Shown here piece by piece: positions 18,370 to 27,928 of a DNA stretch of 64,000 bases (the first letter of the stretch is position 1; the number at the start of each line of letters is the position of its first letter). The notes under the pieces were generated by a model. It saw nothing but the letters and a program-made list of their open reading frames with translations. It had not been told where the DNA came from and made no database searches. This stretch comes from an uncultured Acidobacteriota bacterium (GTDB lineage: Bacteria > Acidobacteriota > Vicinamibacteria > Vicinamibacterales > 2-12-FULL-66-21): the NCBI GenBank assembly GCA_963717745.1, contig CAVQXJ010000011.1, forward strand, positions 26,948-90,947, written 5' to 3'. The translations under genes were made by a program, and so were the position numbers.

Positions 18370-18883
18370 ATGCCTGACCACCTCGCGCTGGACTACTGCG
18401 TGATCGACTCCCCGCTCGGGCCGCTGACCATCATGGCGGCCGCCGAACGCGTGATGGAGGTGCGATTCGGGGACCATCGCGCCGAGTTCGAAGACGAGCT
18501 GGCTGCGGGGAAAGCGTCTGGTCAACGAGCACCCCGACCCAGGCGGGGCCGTCACCGTGCTGACCGGGTACTTCAGCGGCGACCTGCACGCGCTCGATCG
18601 CCTGACCGTCGACCCGATGGGTACGCCGTTTCAGATCCGGGTGTGGAACGCGCTGCGCTCGGTCGGCGTGGGGCGCACCGCGTCGTACACCGAGATCGCC
18701 AACGCCATCGGCGCTCCCACCGCTACCCGCGCCGTCGGCGCGGCGAACGGCGCCAATCCCATCGCCATCGTCGTGCCCTGCCATCGCATCATCGGCGCCG
18801 CGGGATCGCTCGTCGGCTATGGCGGCGGCCTCGACCGTAAGCGCTGGCTGCTCGAGCACGAAGGGGTGTTGTTGAAGATGTGA
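18370..18883 (+). pseudogene. ogt: methylated-DNA--protein-cysteine methyltransferase, one frame break
   Basis: The N-terminal half (DYCVIDSPLGPLTIMAAAERVMEVRF) is in frame 18370. The C-terminal half (RLVNEHPDPGGAV..FQIRVWNALRSV..ASYTEIA..IVVPCHRIIGA, PCHR active site) is in the frame of ORF 18557..18883. The switch is at the G4 run gcgggga at ~18506..18510. Confidence 0.8.
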
Positions 18884-18959
18884 TTGCCTGTCGCGGTTTG
18901 CCTCATCCATAAAACTTGGTTTCCTGCTTGCAAACAGGAGCGGCAGAGCAGGAGGACCT

Positions 18960-19211
18960 ATGGGGATTCTGTCGTGGATTCTGTTCGGGCTGGTCGTCGG
19001 GGTGATTGCCAAGCTGTTGATGCCCGGCCGCGATCCTGGCGGCTTCATCGTCACGATGCTGTTGGGCATTGCCGGTGCGCTCGTGGGCGGCTTCGTCGGA
19101 CGGGCCATGGGGTTCTACGGTGAGAGCCAGGGAGCCGGCTGGATCATGTCGATCCTCGGCGCCATCGTGCTGCTGGCGTTGTATCGGATGACGGCGCGCC
19201 GCCGCGTCTAG
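18960..19211 (+). CDS. GlsB/YeaQ/YmgE family stress-response membrane protein
   Basis: MGILSWILFGLVVGVIAKLLMPGRDPGGFIVTMLLGIAGALVGGF is the family signature. A good AGGAGGA RBS lies upstream. Confidence 0.85.
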   Translation: MGILSWILFGLVVGVIAKLLMPGRDPGGFIVTMLLGIAGALVGGFVGRAMGFYGESQGAGWIMSILGAIVLLALYRMTARRRV

Positions 19212-19222
19212 TCACGAGGACG

Positions 19223-19246
19223 CCCGGGGCTCGGCGAGGCCCCGGG
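19223..19246 (+). terminator. GC-rich stem-loop after the yeaQ-like gene
   Basis: cccggggc (19223..19230), 8-nt loop, gccccggg (19239..19246), 12 nt after the stop. The T-tract is weak. Confidence 0.4.
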
Positions 19247-19379
19247 TCGCCTCTCGTTCCGCTCGGTTCAGTTCTATCCGAGTCGGTACTCTCCTGCCAC
19301 GCCGAGCTCCGGATTCACCAGTACAATCGAACGTCAACGCTGATCCAGCCTGCGGTATCGGTTGTTGCCAGGAGGCGCT

Positions 19380-20123
19380 ATGTCCCGTCGTATTTCCCGT
19401 CTGACGCTCGCGCTGTCGCTGCTGTGGGCCGTGGCCGCGCATGCCCAGACCGTGGACGAGATGGTCGCGAAGAACCTTCAAGCGAAAGGCGGCGCCCAGA
19501 AGTGGCAATCGGTGAGCACGGTCAAGATGGTGGGGAAGATCACCGTCCAGGGCAAGGAGCTGCCGCTGACCGTTTACGCCAAGCGGCCCAACCTGAACCG
19601 CCAGGAGATCTCGCTGCCGGATGGGAACGTGGTCCAGGCCTTCGACGGCACCACCGCGTGGCTGATCAATCCGATGACCGGCAGTGCTGAGCCGCAGGCG
19701 GTTCCCGGCGCCGCCGCCGATATGATGAAGAACAGCGCAGATTTCGACGGGGCGCTGATCAATTACAAGGCGAAGGGGCACACCATCGAGCTCGTCGGGA
19801 AGGAGACGCTGCGGGACCGGCCTGTCTATCACCTGAAGGTCACGATGAAGGGCGGCCTGATGCAGGACTACTTCCTCGATGCCGAGAGCGGCATCGAACT
19901 GAAGACGTCGGCCCAGGTCGAGTTCGGCATGGCCCCCGGCGCCGGCGGACAGAAGCAGGCGCTCGATACCGAGATGTCGAACTACAAAGCCATCGACGGC
20001 ATCATGATTCCGCACACCGTCAAGCAGTTCATGAACGGGAATCAGATGGTCGAGATGTCGATCACGAGCGTCGAGCTCAACACCCCGATAGACAACGCCC
20101 TGTTTTCGATGCCGAAGAAATGA
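19380..20123 (+). CDS. LolA-fold outer-membrane lipoprotein-sorting-like protein (secreted)
   Basis: Signal peptide MSRRISRLTLALSLLWAVAAHAQ, then TVDEMVAKNLQAKGGAQKWQSV..LTVYAKRPN..RPVYHLKV. This is the pattern of the 'outer membrane lipoprotein-sorting protein' family. Confidence 0.65.
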   Translation: MSRRISRLTLALSLLWAVAAHAQTVDEMVAKNLQAKGGAQKWQSVSTVKMVGKITVQGKELPLTVYAKRPNLNRQEISLPDGNVVQAFDGTTAWLINPMTGSAEPQAVPGAAADMMKNSADFDGALINYKAKGHTIELVGKETLRDRPVYHLKVTMKGGLMQDYFLDAESGIELKTSAQVEFGMAPGAGGQKQALDTEMSNYKAIDGIMIPHTVKQFMNGNQMVEMSITSVELNTPIDNALFSMPKK

Positions 20124-20148
20124 GAGCTGGGGGCTCCGTACAAGAAAA

Positions 20149-20171
20149 CGGCGCCGGTATACCCGGCGCCG
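20149..20171. terminator. bidirectional stem-loop between convergent genes
   Basis: cggcgccgg (20149..20157), loop tatac, ccggcgccg (20163..20171), preceded by an aaaa run. Confidence 0.45.
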
Positions 20172-20199
20172 GTGTCATCTATCAGAGTAACGCGCGCGC

Positions 20200-20601
20200 T
20201 CAGGCCGCGACGCCGGAAAGCGCCAGTTCGATGTGCCCGACCAGATCGTCTTTGGTGAACGGCCGGACGAGCAGGTGATCGACTCCGTCGGGTGAGCCGG
20301 GGTTCCCCAGGTAAATCGAGGACATCTCGGGCTGGTGCCGGCGGAGCGAATCCATCAACGAGGGGCCCGACACGTCGGGGCCGGAGAGCTCGACAATCGC
20401 CACGTCGAACTGGTGGGTCCGGCAGACCAGCAGGGCATGGCCCGAATGCGCCACCGCCGTCACGTCGAAGCGGTCGCCCTCGAGCACGCGGCTCACGACC
20501 GCGCGCAGGTCGGCATCAGCATTCACGAACAGCACCCGCCGCCGGACCCGGACCTCTCCGCCGCACGCCAGGTACTCTTCGGTATCAGTTACGACACGCA
20601 C
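20200..20601 (-). CDS. stand-alone degenerate (pseudo-)receiver domain protein
   Basis: It has a CheY-like layout (VLFVNADADLRAV..FDVAIVELSGPDVSG..LLVRPF), but all conserved receiver residues are substituted (DD->NA, phospho-Asp->Glu, Thr->Gly, Lys->Arg). GTG start. Confidence 0.6.
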   Translation of the reverse strand: MRVVTDTEEYLACGGEVRVRRRVLFVNADADLRAVVSRVLEGDRFDVTAVAHSGHALLVCRTHQFDVAIVELSGPDVSGPSLMDSLRRHQPEMSSIYLGNPGSPDGVDHLLVRPFTKDDLVGHIELALSGVAA

Positions 20602-20785
20602 TTTCGCCCCCCGTGTTCACTCGAGTCTCGAACCGCCCTGACTGTGGATGGAATCCACACCTCTATAGGCAAGTGGAATGCCGCACGAGGTCAGGCCTGT
20701 TTTCGTCGATCCCGCCAGTGAGGCCAGGCGAGACTCCTCGCAAACTGAACACTGATTACGAATGCGTTACCTCCCTGTCGCTCGC

Positions 20786-20946
20786 CGCGGGCTCGCGGTT
20801 CGGGGGCTCGCGGGCTCGGAGATCCGGGTTCTAGCCCCGACAAACCCAGTCGATCAGGTGGTGGTGCCGCAAGTTTCGGCCTCGGACCCGCTAGTTGCCC
20901 CGAACCGCGAACCCGCGAACCCGCCTTCGCGCTTCGCGCTACGGCG
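20786..20946. repeat. arm-core-arm palindromic element (CGCGAAC-type units) plus 27-nt shared header motif
   Basis: The left arm gggctcgcggttcgggggctcgcgggctcgg is roughly the reverse complement of the right arm ccgaaccgcgaacccgcgaacccgcc, around a ~77-nt core. 20920..20946 (cccgccttcgcgcttcgcgctacggcg) is identical to 48510..48536. Confidence 0.7.
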
Positions 20947-20962
20947 GGCAAGCCGCGAAACG

Positions 20963-21733
20963 TCAGATTGACCGCCCCAACCGGTCCTGCAACTTCTCCC
21001 GGTAGCCGCGGCTTAGCGTGAGCCGGGTGCCGGTCCGCAGCAGCACCGCATATTCGCCGTTCAGCCAGGGCTGCAGCTCCTGGATCCGCTCCATGTTGAC
21101 GATGCGGGAGCGGTGGATGCGGAAGAACTTCTCGGGATCGAGCCGTCCTTCGATCGCGTTCATGGTTTCGCGCAGCAGGTGGGAGCCAGGGCCGACGTGG
21201 AGGCGGACGTAGTTGCCCGCGGCTTCGACCCAGTCGATTTCATCGGTGCGCAGGAAGAAAAGCCGGCCGCCGGACTTGACCACCAGTCGATCGGATTTCG
21301 GCTGATCGCGGCGGAGATCCTTGACGAGCGCCAGGAGGCGCCGGCCAAGGTCGCCGTTCTCTTCGCGTTCGAGCTGTTTCCGGGCGCGTTGCAGCGCGTC
21401 CTTGAAACGCTCGCGGTCGAACGGCTTCAGCAGGTAGTCGAGCGCGCGGACCTGGAAGGCCTTGAGCGCGTGCTGATCGTAGGCGGTCACGAAGATCACC
21501 AGCGGCATCTTGTCGGTGCCGACCGCCTCGATCACCTCGAAGCCGTTCATCTGGGGCATCTGGACGTCGAGGAACACCAGGTCCGGCGTGTCGTCGTGGA
21601 TCGCGGTGATCGCCTCCTCGCCGTCCCGCGCCTGCCCGACCACTTCGATGTCCGGCTCCTGCGAGAGGAGGCCGGTGAGCCGTTCGCGCGCAAGCGGCTC
21701 GTCGTCTGCAACCAGAACCTTGATTTTTGTCAT
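20963..21733 (-). CDS. LytR/AlgR family response regulator (receiver + LytTR DNA-binding domain)
   Basis: From Met 21733: MTKIKVLVADDEPLARERL..DLVFLDVQMPQMNGFEV.., with a C-terminal LytTR pattern (VVKSGGRLFFLRTDEIDWVEAAGNYVRLH). Confidence 0.9.
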   Translation of the reverse strand: MTKIKVLVADDEPLARERLTGLLSQEPDIEVVGQARDGEEAITAIHDDTPDLVFLDVQMPQMNGFEVIEAVGTDKMPLVIFVTAYDQHALKAFQVRALDYLLKPFDRERFKDALQRARKQLEREENGDLGRRLLALVKDLRRDQPKSDRLVVKSGGRLFFLRTDEIDWVEAAGNYVRLHVGPGSHLLRETMNAIEGRLDPEKFFRIHRSRIVNMERIQELQPWLNGEYAVLLRTGTRLTLSRGYREKLQDRLGRSI

Positions 21734-21743
21734 GACTGGATCC

Positions 21744-22994
21744 TCAGGACGTTGAAAGCGGCGGCCAGGCGGCCGCCGGGCTCTGACCATTCAGCACCCC
21801 GGTCAGGCTGTCCGACGAATCGGCGGCCCCCCCGGTGTCTTGCACCGCGCCGGCGTGCCGCCAGGGCACGGCGACGACCACCGCCAACCCCTGCGCCAGC
21901 CGGTGGAATTCGAAGCGGTAGTCGGCCCCGAACAGATGCTGGAGCCGCGCCCGCGTCGTCGACACTCCGATGCCCTTCTGCAGGGCGGTCAGCGCGTCCT
22001 CGGTGAGGCCCGCGCCGTCGTCGCGAACTTCGAGCCGGAGCTTGTCCCCTTCGCGCCGCGCCCGGATGTCGACGTGTCCAGGCCCGGACTTCCGGGCCAC
22101 GCCGTATTTGATGGCGTTCTCGACCAGGGGCTGCAGCAGCAGGCTCGGGACCAGGCAGTCGAGCGTCTCCGGCTGGATCTCGAATGCGACCACCAGCCGA
22201 TCGGCGAACCGCGTCTGTTCGATTGCGACGTACTTCGACAGCGCTCCGAGCTCGGCGTCGAGCGTGATCTCCTGGTGGCCGAGATGTTCGAGCGTGATGC
22301 GGAGCAGATCGCTCAACTGGATCAGCACGCGGTCGGCGGCCTCGACGTCCTTGTGCATCAGCGTCGAGATCGCGTGCAGCGTGTTGAAGAGGAAGTGCGG
22401 GTGGAGCTGCTGCTGGAGGCTGGAAAGCTGGGCGGCGACCAGGCGCGTCTCGAGCTGCGCGGCGCGAAGCTCCCGCGCGCGCGACTCCCGGTAGTAGAGG
22501 AGCGCGTGGCTCAGGCCCACGATCGCCCAGTAGGTCATCATCTCCCAGTCGAGATAGAGAAAGGCCGAACGTTGCACCTGGGTCCACCAGGCGTAGCTCT
22601 TGCCTTGCGAACGGGCGACCCACCAATGGACCGCTTCCATGCCGGCGATGTGGGTGAACGAGAACACGATCACCGCGGGGACGTGCACCGCCACCGCCCG
22701 CGCCAGGCTGCCCCGGGCGAACTGCACGTGCTGCGCGAGCCAGACCACCGATGGCGCCATCAGCGCCCACAGGTACCACCACGCGAAGTTGAGGATGATC
22801 AGCGTGCTGAGACTGGCCGGCCACTTCCCGACGAACCGTGTGAACTGCCACGCCAGCGTGGTCGACAGCACGCCGAGCGCGGTCGCGACCACGAATACGT
22901 GCATCCACCGGACGCCGTACTTCGGCCGGGGCCGCGGCGGCAGATCGGCGCCGGTTCCGCGGCTGTCGAGGAAGCGATCGGGAGGCGGCCTCAT
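21744..22994 (-). CDS. LytS/YehU-type sensor histidine kinase
   Basis: Multi-TM N-terminus, then LQQQLHPHFLFNTLHAISTLM (His_kinase PF06580-type H-box) and a HATPase_c tail (ENAIKYG..DDGAG). It ends 10 nt before the response regulator. The start could instead be Met 22904. Confidence 0.85.
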   Translation of the reverse strand: MRPPPDRFLDSRGTGADLPPRPRPKYGVRWMHVFVVATALGVLSTTLAWQFTRFVGKWPASLSTLIILNFAWWYLWALMAPSVVWLAQHVQFARGSLARAVAVHVPAVIVFSFTHIAGMEAVHWWVARSQGKSYAWWTQVQRSAFLYLDWEMMTYWAIVGLSHALLYYRESRARELRAAQLETRLVAAQLSSLQQQLHPHFLFNTLHAISTLMHKDVEAADRVLIQLSDLLRITLEHLGHQEITLDAELGALSKYVAIEQTRFADRLVVAFEIQPETLDCLVPSLLLQPLVENAIKYGVARKSGPGHVDIRARREGDKLRLEVRDDGAGLTEDALTALQKGIGVSTTRARLQHLFGADYRFEFHRLAQGLAVVVAVPWRHAGAVQDTGGAADSSDSLTGVLNGQSPAAAWPPLSTS

Positions 22995-23355
22995 CGCGAG
23001 GCTTCGCCCGCTGGGACGAACGACATGTTTTCCGTTAGACGTAGGAATCCGGGTTTCGGGCTAGCTCCACCGCGGCTTTTTGGTGCATTGCCTCGGCCAG
23101 TCGGGCTTCACGCGGCGGTGCGGTGGGTACGGCGCGGGACGTCTGCTGCACTCGTCAGCCCGCCACCGCCCTTCGTCCCGCTCTGACGCGGTTCGTCCCT
23201 CGAAAGGAAATCAGCGGTCTTTTTGTTTCGCGATGCCCCGGACCGATTCCGGCCGCTGTTTTCTTTCGCACGCTGCCCGCTGCCGAACAGCAGCGTCCCG
23301 GGTGTGGGACGGCCGGCGCGGCCGGCGGTCGCTGCTCCCAGCGCCCCGATGGTCG

Positions 23356-23495
23356 CGGCGTCGGGATGCTTTCAGCGGCAAGCGGGGTGATTCGAGGGCC
23401 GGTGCGCTTCTGACAGGAGGGCAGGAGGACCAGAAAAACCACTGGTTTTTCGGTCCTCCTTTCCTCCTGTGATCGCGAGCGTCGCGCACTGCCCC
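23356..23495. repeat. palindromic intergenic element, family B (CAGGAGG units)
   Basis: Core hairpin acaggagggcaggaggaccagaaaaacc / ggtttttcggtcctcctttcctcctgt. The left end gcggcgtcgggatgctttcagcggc matches the ends of 41499..41675. The whole element aligns by eye to the reverse complement of 45742..45890. Confidence 0.8.
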
Positions 23496-23659
23496 GATCG
23501 CCACTCCAATTGCCCCGGAAGCTCGCGGCGTGGGCACTCTCTGTCGCGAATTGGCTGGTGCGATGGCTGGTGGATTTAACAGGACGACAGGAGAACGCAA
23601 CGACGCTCCACGTCATCAAGTCGTTGCAAACCACTGCGATCAAACGAGAATGCCGTATC

Positions 23660-25619
23660 ATGATCCGCGTGAGTTCATCCGCGACGCGCGGTCATCGCAA
23701 CTGGCAGACCGGAGATGTGTTCACCTCCACCGACGCGTCCGAGCTCTACGAGGTCGAGCGCTGGGGGAAGGACTACTTCTCGGTGTCCGCCGACGGCCAT
23801 GTCCTGGTCCATCCTACGAAGGATCCGGCCCGGTCGATCGACCTCAAGGAGCTCGTCGACCACCTGATGCTGCGCGGGATCCATCTTCCCGTGCTGATCC
23901 GGTTCCGGGACATCCTCCGCCACCGCGTCGCCGACATCGCCAACGCCTTCAAGACCGCGATCACCCAGCATCAATACCAGGGCCGCTACATCTGCGTCTA
24001 CCCGATCAAGGTGAACCAGCAGCGCCAGGTCGTCGAGGAAGTGCTCGATTTCGGGCGCGAATATGGCTTCGGCCTGGAGGCCGGGTCCAAGCCTGAGCTG
24101 CTGGCGGTGGCGGCGCAGGCCTACAACGACACGCCGATCATCTGTAACGGCTTCAAGGACGCCGAGTTCATCGAGATGGCGATGCTGGCCCAGAAAATCG
24201 GCCGGAACGTCATCCCGGTGGTCGAGAAATACACCGAGCTCGGGCTGATCCTGAAATACGCCGAGAAGGTCGGGGTCCGGCCGCAGATCGGCATGCGCGT
24301 CAAGCTCGCGGCGCGCGGCGGCGGACGCTGGCAGGGATCAGGCGGCTACCGCTCGAAGTTCGGCCTGACCGTCGCCGAGGTGCTGCGGGGTCTGAACGAG
24401 CTGCGCTCGCTCGGCATGGAGGACTGTTTCAAGCTCCTCCACTTCCACCTCGGCAGCCAGATCCCGAACATCCGCATCGTCAAGGGCGCGCTCAACGAAG
24501 CGGCGCGGGTCTACGTGGAGCTGGTGAAGGCCGGCGCCGGCCTCGAGCTCCTCGACGTCGGCGGCGGCCTCGGCGTGGACTACGACGGCTCGCACACCAA
24601 CTTCGAATCGAGCGTGAACTACACGCTCGAGGAATACGCCAACGACGTCGTCTACCACATCCAGACGGTGTGCGACGATGCCGGCGTCAAGCACCCGACG
24701 ATCGTCTCGGAGAGCGGCCGCGCGATCGTCGCGTATCACAGCGTCCTGGTCTTCAACGTGCTGGGGGTGTCGGCGTTCGGCGAAGAGAAGATCCCCGACG
24801 CGATTGCGCCGGAGGAGGCCGAGCAGCCGGTCATCGACCTGCTCGAGACCTACCAGAACCTCTCGGCCCGGAACGCGCTCGAAGGCTACCACGACGCGCA
24901 GCAGGCGCTCGACATGGCGCTCAGCCTGTTCAGCGGCGGCTACCTGCCGCTCGAGCAGCGCTGCCAGGCCGAGAACCTGTACTGGGCGATCCTGGTGAAG
25001 CTGAAAAAGCTGGTCGCCCAGATGGACGACGTGCCCGAGGACCTGCAGGGCCTGGACGACGTGATGGCGGATACGTATTTCTGCAATTTCTCGTTGTTCC
25101 AGTCGTGCCCGGACAGCTGGGCGATCAAGCAGCTGTTCCCGGTGATGCCGATCCATCGGCTGAACGTGAGGCCGACCCAGCACGCCGTGCTCGGCGACAT
25201 CACCTGCGATTCCGACGGCAAGATCGATCAGTTCATCGACCGGCGCGACGTCAAGCGGACGCTGCCGCTGCACACCATCAACGGCGAGCCGTACTACCTC
25301 GGGGTGTTCCTGGTCGGCGCGTATCAGGAGATCCTCGGCGACCTCCACAACCTGTTCGGAGATACGCACGCCGTGCACGTCAGCCTGGACGAGCGTGGCA
25401 GCGTGGTGCTCGACGCGGTGATCAAAGGGGACACGGTCAAGGAAGTGCTCGACTACGTCGAGTTCGATGCCGACACCCTGGTCGGCAAGCTGCGCAACGA
25501 CGTCGAGCTCGCGGTGCGGCAGGGGAAGATCAGCTACGAAGAATCAGGCCGCCTGCTCGCAGTTCTACGAAGACGGCCTCCACGGGTATACCTACCTCGA
25601 AGATCCCAAAGAGCGGTGA
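23660..25619 (+). pseudogene. speA: biosynthetic arginine decarboxylase, frame break 20 codons before the stop
   Basis: From Met 23660: WQTGDVFTSTDASELYEVERWGKDYFSV..YPIKVNQQ..(PLP fold)..HNLFGDTH. After ~25559 the family C-terminus QFYEDGLHGYTYLEDPKER-stop (TGA 25617..25619) is in the next frame (ctg ctc g cag ttc). The annotated frame instead runs on to 25639. Confidence 0.85.
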
Positions 25620-25625
25620 TAGTCT

Positions 25626-25672
25626 TCAGTTTCCAGTAGCCAGTTTCCAGTTTGACTGCCAACTGGCTACTG
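25626..25672. repeat. hairpin element, family D (CAGTTTC/CAGTAGC heptamers)
   Basis: cagtttc cagtagc cagtttc cagtttg, then ..aactggctact. The stem is agtagccagtt/aactggctact. It lies between convergent speA and the M28 gene, and the M28 stop codon (25667..25669) is inside the right arm. Confidence 0.7.
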
Positions 25673-27385
25673 TCCACCTTTCAGCATCTTCTCGCGCTTC
25701 GCCCTGAACTCGTTGCCCGGCTTCCACTCGGGCATCTTGTCGGCGTTGGCGACGCGGTAGCCGACCGCGAAAATCAGCTGCGCGTCCTCGACGGCGCCGC
25801 TCAGATCCCAGTCCGGCTTCACCTGGTCCGACGGCTCGTGATAGTCGACGTTGGTGTACTCCTCGCGCTTCTGCTTGCCGTAGTCCGCCGGCTTGCCGAT
25901 GAACTCCTCGCCTGAGTCGGTGTAGAGCGCCGGCACGCCCTGCTTGGCGAAGTTGAAGTGGTCGGAGCGGTAGTAGAAGCCCTTCTCTGACTCGGGATCG
26001 GGACGCAGCATGCGGCCCTGCTCGGTGGCGGCGTCGCGGAGGTAGTCGTCGAGATCCGAGGCGCCCAGGCCGACCACGGTGATGTCCTTGGTGCGGCCCC
26101 ACTGGTTGATGCCGTCGACGTTGATGTTGGCGACGGTCTTCGCCAGCGGATAGACCGGCGTGACCGAGTAGTACTGCGACCCGAGCAGCCCCTGCTCTTC
26201 CGCCGTCACCATCAGGAAGAGGATCGAGCGCTTCGGCTTCGGCTCGACCTGCGTGAAGGCGCGCGCGATCTTCGAGCAGCTGCGCCACGCCGGAGGCGTT
26301 GTCGAGCGCGCCGTTGTAGATCCGGTCGCCCTTCACCGGCGCGCCGACGCCGAGGTGATCCCAGTGCGCCGAGTAGACGACGTACTCGTCGCGCAACCGC
26401 GGATCGCTGCCTTCGAGCTTGGCGAGGACGTTCTTCGAGTCGAGCGTCCGCATCGTGTTCTTGACGCCGAGCGACGCCTTGAGGCCGAGCGGCACCGGCT
26501 TGAACTCGCGGGTGAGCGCCTGCTTCTTGAGCGCGTCGAAGTCCTGGCCGGCCATCTTCAGGATGGCCTTCGCGGCGTCGAGCGTCACCCAGCCCTCGAT
26601 CGCGGCGCGTCCCATGTTCTTGTCGGGCGTGACCAGGTCGAATTTCTCGCGCAGGTTGCCCTGCACGACCTGGAACGGATAGCCGGCCGGCTCGGTCTCG
26701 TGCACGATCAGGATGCCGGCCGCGCCGCGGCGCGCACCCTCCTCGAACTTGTAGGTCCAGCGGCCGTAGTAGGTCATCGCCTTGCCGTTGAACGTCTTCT
26801 GATCGAGCTTCGCTGGATCGGCGGGGTCGGGCACCTGCGGGTCGTTGACCAGCACGACGATCGTCTTGCCCTTGACGTCGACGTCCTTGAAGTCGTCCCA
26901 GTTGAATTCGGGAGCGGTGACGCCGTAGCCGGCGAAGATCATCTCGGAGTCGGTCGATGCGCGGCGCCGTCGGCGACGTGCTTGGTCCACGCCACCACCT
27001 CGTCTGCCCACTTGAAGGTGCGTTTGGTGGCGCCCTTCGTGACCGTCAGCGGCACGGTGTTGGCGCCGGTGATGCCGACCAGCGGCACCTTCTGAATGTA
27101 GGTGCCGTCGGTGTTGCCCGGCTTCAGCCCCAGCGTGCGGAACGCGTCCTCGAGGTACTTGACGGTGAGGTCTTCGCCCTTCGAGCCGGGCGCACGCCCT
27201 TCGAACTCGTCGGCCGACAGCGCCTTGATTCGTTCCAGCACCGGAGCCGCCTCGAACCTGGGCATGGTGGTGATGGTGACCGGCGCCGAGGAAGACGCGG
27301 CGCCGGGCGCCGGCGGGGCGTCTCCGGTTTCGAGCAGCGCACACAACGAGGCCAACAGGCCGCACACCAGGAAGGAACGCTTCAT
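25667..27385 (-). pseudogene. secreted M28 family aminopeptidase (PA domain + M28), two frame breaks
   Basis: Three collinear pieces in three frames. N-terminus 27385..~26960: signal peptide [18 protein letters not shown].., [14 protein letters not shown]. Middle ~26960..~26270, in the frame of the 788-aa track ORF: [40 protein letters not shown]-terminus ~26270..25667: [40 protein letters not shown]. Confidence 0.8.
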
Positions 27386-27415
27386 CGTCGTCTTCTTTTC
27401 GTCTTCCGGAGAGTC

Positions 27416-27928
27416 CTAGGCGGTTGCCGGTGGGGCAGGCGCGCCGATGCGGGCGCCGAGCTCCCGGTCCATCTCGAGCAGGGATGACGGGTCGTTGCCG
27501 ATCATCTTCAGCTTGGTGACGATTTCCCGGCCGACCTTCTCTTCCTCGACCTGCTCGGTGAGGAACCACTGCAGCTCGGCGACCGCCGCGAAGGCCTTCT
27601 CGTTGAACGCGGTCTCGTACAGCGCGTCGATCTGGTGGCTGACTTCCTGCTCCTGCTCGAGCGCGCGCTCGAATACGTTGAGCATTGACGTATAGGGTGC
27701 CTGCGGCGCCTGAATGGGTCGGAATTCCACGTCGCAGTCGCGGGCCAGCAGGAAGTCCAGCAGCTTCATGGCGTGCATGTACTCTTCCTGGCTCTGCAGC
27801 CGCAGCCAGCGGGCGGCGCCCACGAACTTCTGGTGCTCGCACCAGGCCGACATCGCGAGGTACGAGTACGACGCGCTCAGTTCGGAGTTGATCTGACGGT
27901 TGATGGCTTCGACAACACGCTGGTTCAT
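27416..27928 (-). CDS. ftnA: non-heme bacterial ferritin
   Basis: [61 protein letters not shown] shows the ferroxidase-centre pattern of Ftn. Confidence 0.85.
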   Translation of the reverse strand: MNQRVVEAINRQINSELSASYSYLAMSAWCEHQKFVGAARWLRLQSQEEYMHAMKLLDFLLARDCDVEFRPIQAPQAPYTSMLNVFERALEQEQEVSHQIDALYETAFNEKAFAAVAELQWFLTEQVEEEKVGREIVTKLKMIGNDPSSLLEMDRELGARIGAPAPPATA

